Under the pieces are notes generated by a model that was not told the origin of the DNA, searched no databases, and saw only the letters and a program-made list of their open reading frames with translations. A stretch of DNA of 33,000 bases from Neoechinorhynchus agilis (taxonomy: Eukaryota; Animalia; Acanthocephala): positions 2,731,797-2,764,796 of the forward strand of contig CM121342.1 of the NCBI GenBank assembly GCA_051530055.1, in the 5' to 3' direction. This document shows positions 30,930-33,000 of this stretch, one piece after another (within the stretch, counting starts at the first letter, position 1; the number at the start of each line of letters is the position of its first letter). The position numbers were made by a program, and so were the translations under genes.

Positions 30930-32513
30930 ATGGCCAACACAACAAAAATGGAAATGAAAGCAAAAGATAACAAGAAGTCGGAAACGAATGAGTCGAATGT
31001 AGAGAAATCAATTGTTACTCTAGACGACATTTCACCAATTGACACAGTGGTCTATAGGAGAAGATCGGAGCCGCATAAATCCACATCGTGCCAACAACTG
31101 GACTACACAGTTAAAAGAATCGCTCATAAAAATGCGGACATTTTTAAGACCATCAGTTGGAATTATTATTTGAAGGCAAAGTATGGATTTGTTGAAGGCT
31201 CCTTTGGCAAGAAAAGTTCGAGCAAAAGAAAAGGAAGTACTGTGGAAGATAGAGAAATGCCGCCGGATATGAATGAGCCAATTGAAAATGTTAAAGATGA
31301 ATCGATTTGTGAAGGATTTTGTACTCAAAAATCTAATGGAAATACAAAGAAACAACAAGAAATCACGGTAACATCATCGGAAAAAGTGGAACAAAAAGAC
31401 TTGCTTAAAAACATTAGTGAGAAAGTTCTTGGTAAAGGTAATCGAACTAAAAGCTCTGCAAAAAATTGCAAGGTAGCGTCTTCGAATCAATATAATTCAA
31501 TTGGAACAATCGATGAAAAATCTACAAATGAAAGTTCTGAGCCAGATGCAACCAATAGAAATTTTCGAATACCGTCCATGGAACAAAACGACTCAATTCA
31601 AAACACCGATGAAATATCTCCAAGTAAAACTATTAAGCAACAAAAATCGCCTACAATAAAAAGAAGGAAAAATACGTTAAATACAGGAAAGTCCCCAGTG
31701 TTAACAGAGCAAAAGGAATCAGTAAAATCGATTCGACAAGAATGTCGTATTGAAATTAACAAGCTTCAAACGTTAGAAAGAAAGCGATCGTTGCAGCTCG
31801 ATAACTTAGAAACATCAATCGAAGAAAGGAAACGAATCCGATCAAATGAAAAGATAGACGAAAAAGTTTATGATGGAATTCGCCAGCTGAAAAAATCTAA
31901 GAAAATGATGCAGTCTGGCGGAAACGAACTATTCCTTGAACATACAAAACAAAATAAGAAATTTCGGTCACTTATAAAAGACACTGAAGCTCAAGGGATT
32001 TCATGCAGGGCAAAAGCTGAACCAATGAGCATTGAAGTCTCCAATGAAGGAATGAAGAAAAGACGTTCAATGAAAGATAGCAAAAAACAAGTGTCCGATT
32101 CAACATTTGCAGTTGCAAATGAACAAGTGGAAGTGAACAATGAAATAAAGGAAACAAAAGACAAATCTTTGAGTGAGAGCTATCAACCTCGAACGTCTCC
32201 TGAAAAGCGAAAATTAAAGGTCGAATGCTTAGAGATATCGTCAAAAAAGAGGAACTTTAAACCTTCTATTCAAATGATTCGCCAAGGGTTTCATAATGGG
32301 CTTGAATCCTCAATGAAGATGCAAGCACTGAATGACAGTTTTGAATTGTCACGAGAACAAATGGAGAGAAGGATTCAAGACGATTCACAGTATGAAAGCT
32401 CATTATTAAGAAAACGACCAGCCCCGGTTTTTAAAAGTGGAGTATCAAATTCTAAAGTTATTAAGAAAGACGAACAGGAAACGAGATCCCAGTTCGCAGA
32501 GTTTTCAAAGTAA
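30930..32513 (+). CDS. Uncharacterised Lys/Ser/Glu-rich, probably disordered protein (527-aa ORF; may continue after an intron)
   Basis: Long ATG-initiated ORF in AT-rich DNA with basic clusters (KRRK, KKRR, KRRKL-like). The stop lies inside a consensus donor AA|GTAAGG at ~32510, so further exons are likely. Confidence 0.7.
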   Translation: MANTTKMEMKAKDNKKSETNESNVEKSIVTLDDISPIDTVVYRRRSEPHKSTSCQQLDYTVKRIAHKNADIFKTISWNYYLKAKYGFVEGSFGKKSSSKRKGSTVEDREMPPDMNEPIENVKDESICEGFCTQKSNGNTKKQQEITVTSSEKVEQKDLLKNISEKVLGKGNRTKSSAKNCKVASSNQYNSIGTIDEKSTNESSEPDATNRNFRIPSMEQNDSIQNTDEISPSKTIKQQKSPTIKRRKNTLNTGKSPVLTEQKESVKSIRQECRIEINKLQTLERKRSLQLDNLETSIEERKRIRSNEKIDEKVYDGIRQLKKSKKMMQSGGNELFLEHTKQNKKFRSLIKDTEAQGISCRAKAEPMSIEVSNEGMKKRRSMKDSKKQVSDSTFAVANEQVEVNNEIKETKDKSLSESYQPRTSPEKRKLKVECLEISSKKRNFKPSIQMIRQGFHNGLESSMKMQALNDSFELSREQMERRIQDDSQYESSLLRKRPAPVFKSGVSNSKVIKKDEQETRSQFAEFSK

Positions 32514-33000
32514 GGATTCTTTAAATTACAATGAAGATTCCAGCGCATTCAATTCGTCGGTCTCAGTGAAGCATCAGATCGCTGCAGAGAAAAAAATCTT
32601 AATGATCTCAGTGCGTATTCTTATTTAAAATGAGAATAAGAGAATTGTAGGACCGAATTTTTTTTAAGATTTTTAAGTATTGTTTTTGTAAACAATCTTT
32701 TTTTATTTTGGGATCTGTTTAGTGGGTGGGCGGTTGGGATATTCTACAACGACCACGTGAAACCAAAATAATTTCTTGAGCTTTTCTCAAATGCTTTGAA
32801 AAAATATTTCAACTAATCATGATTCTTATTGAAAATGGGAATAAGCGAGTTGTCGGATTTGAAAGCTTAGATGCTACTTTTCATCCAATAGACGTTGCTA
32901 GTTAAAATTCATATTTAGATAAGATAAATTATGTTCAACGGAGGTAAGTTCACTTTTTGGCTCATCATATAATGTAGAATGCTATTTAAAACCTACTTTT

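Overview
AT-rich eukaryotic genomic DNA, probably from an invertebrate animal. It has short GT-AG introns (mostly 42-59 nt), and the species cannot be identified from the sequence. 1-9 kb: a tandem cluster of an unrecognised, modular Lys/Glu-rich protein family (two near-identical copies, one diverged paralog, one relic) with diverged local tandem repeats in between. 9-17.4 kb: decayed CR1/L2-superfamily LINEs, an inverted LINE ORF1 piece and a Ty3/gypsy integrase-PPT-LTR fragment. 17.5-22.1 kb: a FOXRED1-like gene (-) head-to-head with an intron-rich LRR gene (+). 23.3-27.6 kb: a decayed Penelope-like element and a Mag-type gypsy element (-). 27.7-29.5 kb: a LINE-ORF1-like ORF in the same frame as an intronless, divergent PKA catalytic subunit-like kinase. 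30-33 kb: a 314/276-bp tandem duplication and a long low-complexity ORF. The best leads are the odd interruption of the FOXRED1-like gene, an exact 30-nt sequence shared between the K/E-family relic and the FOXRED1 5' end, the possible ORF1-kinase chimera, and the modular K/E family. All homology calls come from motifs recognised by eye; no searches were run.
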